A stretch of 64,000 bases of DNA from the human T2T-CHM13v2.0 reference genome, Homo sapiens. Of this stretch, positions 19,825 through 35,495 are shown one piece after another. Within the stretch, counting starts at the first letter, position 1, and every line of letters starts with the position of its first letter. The notes below the pieces were generated by a model. The model was not told the origin of the DNA. It searched no databases and was given only the letters and a program-made list of their open reading frames with translations. The position numbers and the translations under genes are program-made. Location of the stretch: NCBI RefSeq assembly GCF_009914755.1, contig NC_060929.1, one strand, 5' to 3'.

Positions 19825-20035
19825 GGTGTTCCCTCTGTGCATCCTAATCTCCACTTCTTATGAAGGTACCAGTCATATTGGATTGGGGCCCAACCTAGTC
19901 ACCTCGGTTTAATTTAATCACCCCTTTAAATATTCTATGTCAGAATACAGACATAGTCTTATGTACTGGTGGTTAGGGTTTTTAACATCTGGATATTGAA
20001 ATCTGAGCATGGATCACAATTCAGCCCACAACACA
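19825..20035 (-). mobile_element. MLT1 (A/B/C-like) LTR fragment
   Basis: ccagtcatattggattggggccc…cacaattcagcccacaaca is the reverse of the MLT1 LTR 5' end. Confidence 0.75.
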
Positions 20036-20304
20036 TATGGTTCCGAGATAATGAAATCAATATTTTAGATAGATATAATCTTAATCAATTGAATACAAAT
20101 ATAAAAAATTTGTAGCCTATATCTTAGAAACATTAATATTGATTGGTTTTTCAAAATTTTTAGTTTTTAGTTTCTTTTGGAGTCCTACATAATTTAGCTG
20201 ATGTAATGTGCAATTAATAATTTATATTAGGCATCTTGAAAGTGAAGATGCAATTTATTTTACATTCACCAAAATCCATTGATGCAAATCAAATATAAAG
20301 TTTC

Positions 20305-23300
20305 TTCTTTTTATTAACTCAAGTTCATAGTTTACATAAGGATTTACTCATCGTGTTGTACAGTTTTATGGATTTTGACAAATGCATCTCATGTGTCCAC
20401 CATTACAGTATCATGTATAATAGTTTCACTCTCTTAAAAATCCTCTGTTTTTCACCTATTCATACCTGTTTCAAACCCTTATAAACACTGATCATCCCCT
20501 ACCTCAAACCCATGAAAACCACTGATTTTTTTTTTGTCTCTATAGTTTTGCCTACTCCAGAATGTCATATTGTTAAAACTATACACTGTGTAGCTTTTTC
20601 AGGCTGCCTTCTTTCATTTAGAAATATGTATTTAAAGGTCCTCCATATCGTGTTGCACTTTGATCATTTCTTTTTATAACTTAATAATGTTTCATTATAT
20701 AAATATAATGTAATCAATTTATCTGTTAATCTTTTAGGACATTTTGATTGCTTCTGGTTGTTGGCAATTATGAAAAAAACTGCTATAAACATTTGTGCAC
20801 AGGTTTTTGTGTGGACATTAAGCTTTTAACTCAATAGAAAAAAAATACCTTAGGAATTTAATTCCTGAATCATATGGTAAGCCTATAAATATCTTTGTAA
20901 GAAACTGCCAATCTGTCTTCCAAAGTGGATGTAATATTTTGCATTTTCATTAGCAACAAATGAGAGTTTCTGTTGCTCCACATACTAGCCACCATTTGGT
21001 ATTAGTCAGTGCTTTGGATTTTAGCCATTCTAAGAGATGGGTAGTGGTATTTTATTGTTGTTTTAATTTGCAATTTCCTAATGACATATTTTTTCATATG
21101 TTTATTTGCCATGTTTATCTTCTTTAGTGAGTTATCAGTCCAGAAATTTTGCCCACTTTTTAATTAGCATTTTGACTTATTGTTCGGTTTTTTAAAGAGT
21201 ATACATAATTTTTAAATATTTCCTTTATCAGATATGTTTTGCAACTATTTTTTCCCCAGTTTGTGGCTTATGTTTTCATTCTTTAACAGTGTCTTTTACA
21301 GAGCAAAAGTTGTTAATTTTAATATTGTCTTTTAGAAATTTTACTGTTTTGCATTTTACATTTAAATCTATATTACACTTTACATCAATTTTTGTGAAAA
21401 GTGTTAAGATTTGTTTCTAAGTTCATTTGTTGCTTGTGGATGTTCAGTTGTTTCAGGCCCACTGGTTGAAAATGACTATCTTTTCTCTGTTGAATTGTCT
21501 TTATGCCTTGGTCAATAATCAGTTGACTAAATTTGTTTGGGTTATTTGCGGGCTTGTTATTACCTTCCATTGATCTGTTTGTCATTATTTTCAGAACCAT
21601 GTTCTTTTGGTTACTGGAGCTTATAGTAAATCATGAAGTTGAGTAGTGTAAGTTCTCTAAATTTGGCCTTTTTCTGGAGTACTGTATTGGCTACCCTGAG
21701 CATTTGACTTTCCATCTATTATTTTATCAATATTCACAAAATAATTTGCTTTATGTTTGATTGGGAATTTACTGTATCTATAGATCTATAGATCAAGTTG
21801 GTGAGAGATGACATCTTAAAAGTATTGAGTCTTCCTATACTTGAACATGGAGTGTCTTTCCATTTATTTACATTTTTCTGAATATATTTAATCAGTTTTG
21901 TAGTTTTCCTCATAGAGATCTTTTAAATATTTTTATTAGATTTATAACTAAACATGTCTTTTTATGGTGCTAATGTAAATGGTGTGTGTTTAATTTTATA
22001 CTACAATTGCTCGCTGATGATATAGAAGGAAGAAATTGACTTTTCTATATTAACCTCATATTCTGCCAACTTTTAAAATTACTTATTAATTCTAGCATTC
22101 TTTTTTGTTAATTATTTGGCTAATTATTTGACATAGATATTGATTCATATGTGAACAAAAACAACTTTATTTTTTCTTTCCCAACACATGTATTTTCTTT
22201 TTTTCTTTTTCTTATTGCATTAGCTGGGACTTCTAGTACCTTGTTAAATAGGAGTGGTGAGAGGGGATATTCTTGCCTTGTTCCTGATCATCTAGTTTCT
22301 TATCACTAAGTATGAAGTTAGTTGTAGATTTTTGTAAATATTCTTTATCAAGTTGAGAAAATTCCCTTTTATTCCTAGTTCACTGTGAGTTTTATCATGT
22401 ATGAGTTTTGAATTTTGTCAAATACCTTTTCTGTGTCAATTGACATTATTATATAATTTTTCTTTTGTATTCTATTGATGTGATGAATTACATTAACCAG
22501 TTTTCTAATGTTGAACCAGCTTTCCAAACCTAAAGTAAATCTGATGTGCCTGCAGTGTATATTTTTTATACATTGTTGGATTACGTTTTCTCATATTCAT
22601 TGAGGATTTTTGAATTATGTTCAGAAGATGAATTAGTTGTAATAATTTATTTCTTGTGATGTCTTCATTTGCTTTTGGCCTTTGGGTAGTGCTGGCCTTG
22701 TAGAATGAGTTATAAAGTTTCTCCTCTGCTTCTGTTTCCAGGAAGAGATTGTAGAGAATTGGTGTTATTTGTTCCTCAACTGCATGGTCAAATTCACCAG
22801 TTAAACCAGCTTTTCCTATTACTTTCAGTATGGGAAGATTATTAATTTTTGATTCAATTTAATAGATGTCAACCTATTCAAATTATTAATTTATCCCTGG
22901 AGGTTTCCTAGATCATGTTTTTCCAGGAGTTCATTCATTTCACCCAAGTTATCGAATTTATGGGCACAAAGTTTTTCACAGTCTTCCCTTATTAACCTTT
23001 AATGTGTATAGAATCAGCAGTGACGGCCCCTGTTTCAATTATCATATTAGCAATTGGTTTTCTTAGGTGTCTCTATTGTTCCCTGTATTCAGTTTATTAA
23101 TTTTGGCTTTAACTTTGGTAATCTTTTTTTTGCTTCCTTAAGGATCATGTTTTTCTTATTCTAGTTCTTTAAGGTAGAAACTTAAATCATTGATTTTTAT
23201 GTCTTTTTAAAAATATATACATTTAATGTTATAAATTCCCCTGTAAGTACTACCTTCACGGCATCTCACACATTTTTATACTTTTATTTCATTTTGTTAA

Positions 23301-25690
23301 AATATTTTAAAATTTCTTTCGAGTGTTCTCCTGTGATTTATGTGTTATTTAAAATTGTGTTGTTTCACATCTAAATTTGTAATTTTCTAGCTAACTTTCT
23401 GTTAATGATTTCTAGTTTAATTTCATTGTGGTCTGAGAGAAGACTTTATAAGATTCATATTATCTTAAAATTGGAAAGCTGATTTTATGGCCCAGAATTT
23501 GGCCTGTCTTGGTGAATATGCCATGTGAGTTTAAGAAGAATATGTTTCCTGCTTTGTTTGATGAAGTATTCTATAAAGTTAATTAAATAAATCAATATAA
23601 TTGATGTCTTAGCTGTTTTCTGTTCCTTATGTAACAGAATACTTAAAACTGGGTAATATACAAAGACAAGAAATTTATTTCTTCCAGTTATGGAGGATAA
23701 GAAGTCCAAGATCAAGGATCTACATCTGGTTAGGACCTTCTTGCTGGTTTGGACTTTGCAGGGCACCAAGGTTAGGTCTTTCTTCCTGTTCTTATATAAC
23801 CACCAGTCCCAATCTCTTCCATGATAACCAATGAATACATTAATCACTTAATGGATTAATCCATTCATGAGAGTGGAGCCCTCATGACTCAGTGACTTCT
23901 CAAATCTCTACCTCTTAATACTGCCACATTGGTAGTTGTTTCAACATAAATTTTGGAGGGTTATTGATGATACTTTTTAATTCGACTATGCTCTTAATAA
24001 TCTTCTGCCTATGGAATATATGAATTATTAATAGGAGTATGACGAAGTATCCAACTATAATAGTAAATTTGTCTGTTTCTCCTTGCAATTCTAATCATTT
24101 TTCTTTATGTATTTTGATGCTCTGTTCATATGCAAATATACATTAGGAATTGTTATGACTTCTTATAGAATTAGCCCTTATATCATTATGTAATTATTTT
24201 TTTGTCTCTGAAAATATTGCTTTTTATGAAATTTTAAATTCTAAAGTTAATATAGCTTCTTCAGTATTCTTTTGATTAGTGTTAGCATTGTATATGCTTC
24301 TCTACACTTTTAATTTATCTATGTCTTGATATTTCATGTGGTCTCTTATAGACAACAAATAGCTGGAGCTTGCTTTTTTGAATGTACTCTCTCAGTCCCT
24401 GGTTTTTATTTTGTGTGTTTGAATCATTCACATTCACAGTTATTATTGATATAGTTGGATTAAAATCTACCATACTTGTAACTGTTTGGTTTGTTGCACT
24501 TGCGCTTTGTTTCTTTTTAAAAAATTTCCTCTAATTGTTGCTTCCTTTGGTTTCAATTGGTTATTTTATATTATTCCATTTTCTCTCCTCTTTTAGCATA
24601 CTTATTTTTTAAAAAGGTTTTCAGTAGCTGCATTTGAGTTTACAATGTACATTTGAAATTAATCTAAGTCCATTTTCAAATACAACTCGATTGTTTCCTG
24701 TATATTTTCTGTAACTTAAACCAGAGTATTCCCAATTCAACCCACCCATCTCTCATTGTTGTCATTCATGTTACTTGTCCAGAAGCTATATTTGCCCAAT
24801 ACATTGTTCCACTTTTATCTTGAGAAAAACAGTTATGTTAGATCAATTAAAAATAAGAAAAAAAATTTATGTTGCCTTCATTTATTCCATCTCTAGTATT
24901 TTTCCTTTCATTTTATGGATCTGATATTATTTTTTTCTTTCTGAAAAACTACTTTCAGAATTTCTTTCAAGGCAAGTCTATTAGCAACATATTCTCTAGT
25001 TTTTGTGTGTCTAAGAAAGTATTTCTCTTTCACTTTTAGTCACTGAGTACGGAATTATCAGTTGGTGTTTGTTTTTTTCCTTTTAACGTTTTAAATATGT
25101 CATTACACTCACGTCTTGCTTACATTGTTTTGGCAGAGCAGTCCAGTGATAATTTTATCCTGTTTCTTCTACAGGTAAGTATTTTATTTTTCTCTGGCTT
25201 CTCTTTGTATATTCTCTTCGTTTTTTTTTTTATTTTTTTGGGGGGGTGTAATTTTATTTTATTTTACTTGGTTTTGTTTTTGGTATTTATCCTGCTTTCT
25301 GTTTTCTAAGCCTCCTGGACATATGGTTTGATATCTGTTACTAATTTTGGAAAATTCTTAGATATTATTACCTCCAACATTTTCTGTTTTTTTCTCTCTT
25401 TGTTGTCTTCCTTGTATTTCCAATTTTTATAATTGTCCTACAGCTTTTGGATATTGGATTATTTTCTCATTTTTCTCTTTGCATTTTTGTTTAGGATGTT
25501 TCCATCGACATATCTACAAGCTCACTTATACTTTCTCATATCCAGTCTACTACTGAGTCCACCAAAGAGTCTTTATTACTGTTACAGTGTTACTGATTTC
25601 TGGTATTTCCTTTAGATTCTTGTTTAGAGTTTTCATCTCCTTGATTGGCATGATTATCCTATTATTGTATGTTCACTTTTTCCACCAGAG
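20305..25690 (-). mobile_element. Old L1MC-type element (3'UTR, ORF2 and upstream remnants), interrupted by a MaLR LTR
   Basis: catagtttacataagg…tttgacaaatgcat…ccaccattacagtatcat resembles the L1MC1/2 3' end. T-rich antisense ORF2 motifs (aggagtggtgagagggg…cttgccttgttcctgatc). Confidence 0.8.
23605..23960 (-). mobile_element. MaLR LTR (MSTC/MSTD/MLT1A-like)
   Basis: tgtcttag…ctgggtaat…agaaatttatttcttccagttatggagg…aagtccaagatcaagg…tttcaacataaattttggagg. Confidence 0.75.
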
Positions 25691-25693
25691 GCC

Positions 25694-26115
25694 TGCTGTA
25701 GGTTGAATTGTGTCCTTGAAGAGAAATGGTGCAATCCTAACCCGCAGTACCTATACCTATGAACTTACTTGGAAATACAGCCTTAGCAGATGTTACTTGT
25801 TAAGATGAGATTATACTTGAGTAGGTGGGCCCCCAATCCAATATGATAAGTGTCCTTATAAAAGCCGGACACAGAAACAAGCACACAGGGAGAACACCAT
25901 GCAAAGATTGGAGTTATGCTACCACAAGCCAAAAAACGAACAGAAGCTAAAAGAGGCCTGGAAAAGATCCTTCCTGAGTGCCTTTAGAGGGAGGATGGCA
26001 CTGATGACAACTTGATCTTAGATTTCTAGTCTCCAGAACTGAGACAATACCTTTCTATAGGCTAAGCCTCTATGTTTGTGCCACTTTGCTATGGCAGTCC
26101 TAGCAAACTAATCAA
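25694..26115 (+). mobile_element. MLT1B/C-like solo LTR
   Basis: Start tgctgtaggttgaattgtgtcc; internal aatccaatatga…gtgtccttataaaag; end ctccagaactgagacaata…ggcagtcctagcaaactaat. Confidence 0.8.
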
Positions 26116-26119
26116 GTAT

Positions 26120-26880
26120 CTTAGATGGTTTAGCTTTTTATTCTTTTTTCCTCTCTATGTTCCTCAGACTAAATTTCCATATATTTTCATATTGTATGTT
26201 TATACTATTGTTAATGATTTTAGGTTAATTTCAATGTATTCAGAGAACATACTCTAAATAACTCTTTCTATATAAATTTTGTTGAAATTTGTTTTCTGCC
26301 CCCAAATATTCAATTTTGATAAATATTCTATTTATATTTATAAATAATATATATCTACAGTGGTTAGAGTGTTTTATATATGTCAATAATGTCAAATTTT
26401 TAATTATATTGGTATTACTCTATAAATATATCATTTCAAACTTTTGTCTGCATGTTTTATAACTTTCTCAGCGATGTGTGTTAATGTTTTCTTTTGTGAT
26501 TATGGATTTGCCTACTTTTCATTTTGCTTCTGAAATGTTTTTCTTTTTATTTTCTCATTTTTGTATTACTCACATACAAATTGTTCATGTTACTACTTCA
26601 GTTATATTTTTAAAGTAATTATGTTTCTTTTAAGGTCATTTTATGCTTCTTTTCTTTAAAAGCTACTTACACAAATATGAATACAGCTTGCTTTTAGTTA
26701 GTGTTTGCATTGCATATCTTTTTCTATTCATTTACTTTTACTACACCTTTTAATTAATCTATTGTTTTCTGTCAATTTTTACTAATTTTGTCTTTTAATT
26801 AGAAGTTTTAGTTCACTTAAAGCTAACATAATCACTGATGTATTTGCTTTGAAATTTACCATTTTAAAATGCTTTTCATT
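26120..26880 (-). mobile_element. Degraded L1M fragment
   Basis: T-rich tract with antisense L1 ORF2 5' motifs (gttagtgtttgcattgcatatctttttctattcatttactttt). Confidence 0.55.
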
Positions 26881-26884
26881 TTAG

Positions 26885-27222
26885 ACAGGAGCCCTTCCCA
26901 GCTACATAAGCCCATCTTCATTATTCATCACGTAGCTCCTTCTGTCTTCAAACTGACAATGGTATATCAGTCCTTTTCATTCTTCAGATCGCTCTGACTT
27001 CATCTTCTGCCACAGCTCTTCTGCCTCCAGTTAAAGAAAGTTTTCTGCTGTTAAGGCCTTGCAACGTTAGTTTAAGACAATGAAGATAGCCCAGGAGAAT
27101 CTTTCTATTTTATGGTAACTGATTGATTAATTACAGCCGCAAAGTCTCTTTATCATGTAATATAACACATTTGTAGGTTCTGGGGACATCTTTGTGGGGC
27201 CATTCATCCTACGTCCTACAAC
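26885..27222 (-). mobile_element. MLT1E-like LTR fragment
   Basis: ccaggagaatctttctatttta…aattacagccgcaaagtc…ggggacatctttgtggggccatt. Confidence 0.6.
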
Positions 27223-27269
27223 AATACTGAAAAGAGTGGACAGTGGAAGCCATAAAATTGCATAGCTCA

Positions 27270-27640
27270 GATCTCCTGTAGTAGGAAGCATTATTAACTG
27301 ATAGTCTCAACAACTGTCCTTCTGAATATACCACAAATTTACATTATATCAAGGCTTTCTGCATGCTCCTACGATATGAGGAATGTGAGAAACTTTTAAT
27401 GAGGAAATTTGTTTGAGAACGTGTTGGCTTAGCCATAACTTTTTGAGAAGCATGCAGAAATTTGAGTCTACTCAACCCTCATTTCTTTATCTTGTGATTC
27501 ATAAACCTGAATTTTGTGTAAAGAGTATCACTGTCTTTTCTAAAGGTCTCCATTTTATCCTTCAGGGGTGTTTAGCCCTAATAAATCTCTGACATGTGTA
27601 GTTTCATCTTGGTATTTGTTTCCCAAGTAAATGAACACTC
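27270..27640 (+). mobile_element. ERVL LTR16-like fragment
   Basis: 3' motif ccctaataaatctctgacatgtgtagtttcatcttggtatttgtttc resembles the LTR16 terminus; heavily diverged. Confidence 0.4.
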
Positions 27641-27980
27641 CACTTGTGATTTAGCCTTAGATCTGCAATTAAAATATTAAATCTTAACCATCTCTCTATT
27701 TACTGAAGTTTTTCCAGTCACCACTTAGTTTGAGGATGCACACATTTTAATAGATCCCTCAAGACGGACTCTTGTGTACAAAATTCCCTGAGCTCATGTA
27801 TGATTAAAGCTGTTTATAACATTAATAAGTGAAGGATATCTTGAATGTCTTGAGCAGACAGAAAAGCTTTGTTTCCCACTTTTTCTCTGTGAGATATTTT
27901 AAATTTTCTGCTTCATTGATTTCTTACTTTGAATGTGGTTTAGCAATGTCTAATAAGTTTTATGCCACTCTAACTCTGTA

Positions 27981-28055
27981 TGCCATTCTAATTCATGTGA
28001 AGTTTTGCCATTCTAATTCATGTGAAGTTTTGCCATTCTAATTCATGTGAAGTTT
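27981..28055. repeat. 25-bp minisatellite, 3 perfect copies (tgccattctaattcatgtgaagttt)
   Basis: Units at 27981, 28006 and 28031, head-to-tail, no spacers. Confidence 0.95.
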
Positions 28056-29183
28056 TTATCTTTTTTTTTTTTTGCCTGGGGACCATGAGGATTTTTTCTC
28101 CATTATCATTAAAGTCTTTCTTCTTTCTTTCTTTCCTTCCTTCCCTTTCTTCCTGTCTCTCTCTCTCTCTCCCTCCTTCTCTCTTTCTTTTTTTTCTGTA
28201 GCAAGGTGGTAGGTGAGAGGCAGTGCATACTTGAATTTGTTTATTTTCTTTCATAAGGGAGATCTTAAATTTCACTCCTTTCCTTATTTTTTCTTTCTCC
28301 TTCATTATGAAGTTTCCCAGAGGCCATCTCTCCCTTACTTTTAACCTTCTTTCCTCCAAAATGCTACCTTTCCAAGATTGGCTCTTCATCTTACATGAAC
28401 TTTTAAATATCTTTCTCATATAAGTACTTTAATTTAACAGGAAAGGTGAATTTCCTCTTTCCGATGGTGGCTTTAGACTAATTTTAGACCTGCCATCAGC
28501 CATTTTTTTTTATTTTCACACAGATATTCCCAGACTATTCTTGCTCTCCATGTTGACTTGCAGTGAAATACAAGAGATAACTCACTAAATTGGGTGTTTA
28601 ATTTATATTCTTACTTTCAGTTAATCTTTTTTTGTCTTTGTCTTCTACGTATAATGAGAGCACAAGTATTATTTTTTCTTCTTTTTATTTATGTATATGT
28701 CTATTTAAAGTATATTGGGATTTTTAGATATACCAGTTGTGGATATCTTGATGAACATTTATAGAAGAGTATTTCACAAACACTTTCCCCCAGTCACTCT
28801 TACCTCTACCAGCTACATAGTTTCCCTCTGTTTTATTCTTTCTTCATTTTTCTATCTTTTCCCATAATTCTTCTTCAAATATTTTATCTTCTAAATATAC
28901 CACACTCATTTCCCTATATTTCTTTTTTTTTTGACCTAAGCATGAAATGTACTTTATTTTTTATTTTATTTTTTTTTAATTATACTTTAAATTTTAGGGT
29001 ACATGTGCACATTGTGCAGGTTAGTTACATATGTATACATGTGCCATGCTGGTGCGCTGCACCCACTAACTCGTCATCTAGCATTAGGTATATCTCCCAA
29101 TGCTATCCCTCCCCCCTCCCCCCACCCCACAACAGTCCCCAGAGTGTGATGTTCCCCTTCCTGTGTCCATGTGATCTCATTGT

Positions 29184-33010
<3,827 letters not shown>

Positions 33011-33073
33011 TATGATGTTAGCTGGTGATTTTGCTCGTTAGTTGATGCAGTTTCTTCCTAGTCTCGATGGTCT

Positions 33074-34090
33074 TTACATTTTGGCATGATTTTGCAGCGG
33101 CTGGTACCGGTTGTTCCTTTCCATGTTTAGCGGTTCCTTCAGGAGCTCTTTTAGGGCAGGCCTGGTGGTGACAAAATCTCTCAGCATTTGCTTGTCTGTA
33201 AAGTATTTTATTTCTCCTTCACTTATGAAGCTTAGTTTGGCTGGATATGAAATTCTGGGTTGAAAATTCTTTTCTTTAAGAATGTTGAATATTGGCCCCC
33301 ACTCTCTTCTCGCTTGTAGGGTTTCTGCCGAGAGATCCGCTGTTAGTCTGATGGGCTTCCCTTTGAGGGTAACCCGAACTTTCTCTCTGGCTGCTCTTAA
33401 CATTTTTTCCTTCATTTCAACTTTGGTGTATCTGACAATTATGTGTCTTGGAGTTGCTCTTCTCGTGGAGTATCTTTGTGGCGTTCTCTGTATTTCCTGA
33501 ATCTGAATGTTGGCCTGCCTTGCTAGATTGGGGAAGTTCTCCTGGATAATATCCTGCAGAGTGTTTTCCAACTTGGTTCTATTCTCCCCATCACTTTCAG
33601 GTACACCAATCAGACGTAGATTTGGTCTTTTCACATAGTCCCATATTTCTTGGAGGCTTTGCTCATTTCTTTTTATTCTTTTTTCTCTAAACTTCCCTTC
33701 TCACTTCATTTCATTCATTTCATCTTCCATTGCTGATACCCTTTCTTCCAGTTGATCGCATCGGCTCCTGAGGCTTCTGTATTCTTCACGTAGTTCTCGA
33801 GCCTTGGTTTTCAGCTCCATCAGCTCCTTTAAGCACTTCTCTGTATTGGTTATTCTAGTTATACATTCTTCTAAATTTTTTTCAAAGTTTTCAACTTCTT
33901 TGCCTTTGGTTTGAATGTCCTCCCATAGCTCAGAGTAATTTGATCGTCTGAAGCCTTCTTCTCTCAGCTCATCAAAGTCATTCTCCATCCAGCTTTGTTC
34001 CGTTGCTGGTGAGGAAGTGTGTTCCTTTGGAGGAGGAGAGGCGCTCTGCTTTTTAGAGTTTCCAGTTTTTCTGTTCTGTTTTTTCCCCAT
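33074..34090 (-). pseudogene. ORF1: L1 ORF1p (coiled-coil/RRM RNA chaperone) with one nonsense mutation
   Basis: MGKKQNRKTGNSK…RYQPLQNHAKM. Span 1017 nt (338 aa plus stop) with in-frame TGA at codon 130 (33701-33703), consistent with CGA>TGA. Confidence 0.95.
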
Positions 34091-34986
34091 CTTTGTGGTT
34101 TCATCTACTTTTGGTCTTTGATGATGGTGATGTACAGATGGGTTTTTGGTGTGGATGTCCTTTCTGTTTGTTAGTTTTCCTTCTAACAGAGAGGACCCTC
34201 AGCTGCAGGTCTGTTGGAGTACCCTGCTGTGTGAGGTGTTAGTATGCCCCTCCTGGGGGGTGTCTCCCAGTTAGGCTGCTTGGGGGTCAGGCACTTGAGG
34301 AGTCAGTCTGCCCGTTCTCAGATCTCCAGCTGCGTGCTGGGAGAACCACTGCTCTTTTCAAAGCTGTCAGACAGGGACATTTAAGTCTGCAGAGGTTACT
34401 GCTGTCTTTTTGTTTGTCTGTGCCCTGCCCCCAGAGGTGGAGCCTACAGAGGCAGGCAGGCCTCCTTGAGCTGTAGTGGGCTCCACCCAGTTCGAGCTTC
34501 CAGGCTGCTTTGTTTACCTAATCAAGCCTGGGCAATGGCGGGCGCCCCTCCGCCAGCCTTGCTGCCGCCTTGCAGTTTGATCTCAGACTGCTGTGCTAGC
34601 AATCAGTGAGACTCCGTGGGCGTAGGACCCTCCAAGCCAGGTGCGGGATATAATCTCGTGGTGTGCCATGTTTTAAGCCCGTCGGAAAAGCGCAGTATTC
34701 GGGTGGGAGTGTCCCGATTTTCCAGGTGCGTCCATCACCCCTTTCTTTGACTCAGAAAGGGAACTCCCTGACCCCTTGCACTTCCCAAGTGAGGCAATGC
34801 CTCGCCCTGCTTCAGCTCGCGCACGGTGCGCACACCCACTGACCTGCGCCCACTGTCTGGCACTCCCTAGTGAGATGAACCTGGTACCTCAGATGGAAAT
34901 GCAGAAATCACCCGTCTTCTGCGTCGCTCACGCTGGGAGCTGTAGACCGGAGCTGTTGCTATTCGGCCATCTTGGCTCCTCCCCCC
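34091..34986. promoter_or_regulatory. L1 5'UTR: internal sense promoter (YY1 site intact) and antisense promoter; CpG-rich
   Basis: YY1 motif CAAGATGGC on the minus strand at 34966-34974; many retained CpGs at 34490-34970. Confidence 0.85.
34535..34750 (+). pseudogene. ORF0: L1 ORF0 (antisense, primate-specific), truncated by a stop at codon 25
   Basis: ATG at 34535 reads MAGAPPPALLPPCSLISDCCASNQ*, TGA at 34607-34609. The canonical stop at 34748-34750 is still in frame. Confidence 0.85.
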
Positions 34987-35379
34987 ATTTCCCTATATTT
35001 CATACCTTCTTACACAGAAGGTAATAATTGATTCCCAGATTTGTTGTTTATATGCTCTTAAACTTAATAAAGACCTTATTTATGTATAGGAAGGGCCATT
35101 ACACCAAAGTTAACATCATGCTAGGGCAAAATTATGTATTTTCCCATTAGTGTCATCTATCTTGGAGAGGGCATGGAAAATGATTTTTATAATATTTTTA
35201 CTATTAAAAATTAATATAAAATATCTGAAATGGAGTTGACAAATGGAGATTATTTGTTCCAATTCCTATTTATTTATGAAAAAATTGAGGCTCAAAGCTA
35301 CATCATTTTACTAACAAAATATTTGCACTATTGTTAACATGTATTACATTCACTTGTAGTATTATCCTCAATTTACATA

Positions 35380-35495
35380 TATGAATATTGATTCAACTGA
35401 CTTAAGTAATTTATCTAAAGTTACATCACTGGCCATTGGTGAATGAGAGACTTGAACCTACATAATCTGTCTCTGAATTCTGTGGTCTAAACAAT
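35380..35495 (-). mobile_element. MIR fragment
   Basis: ttaagtaatttatctaaagttacatcact…gacttgaaccta…tctgtctctga is the antisense MIR core. Confidence 0.6.

Noticed and set aside
19416-19912. His/Thr/Tyr-rich ORFs
   Set aside because: Translation of a CA/TA low-complexity tract.
27981-28055. 25-bp repeats as a CRISPR array
   Set aside because: Units are head-to-tail with no spacers, there are no cas genes, and the context is primate DNA.
28018-28419. 133-aa Lys/Arg/Glu-rich ORF
   Set aside because: Spans a CT-rich simple repeat and probably decayed L1/HAL1 sequence; no coding signature.
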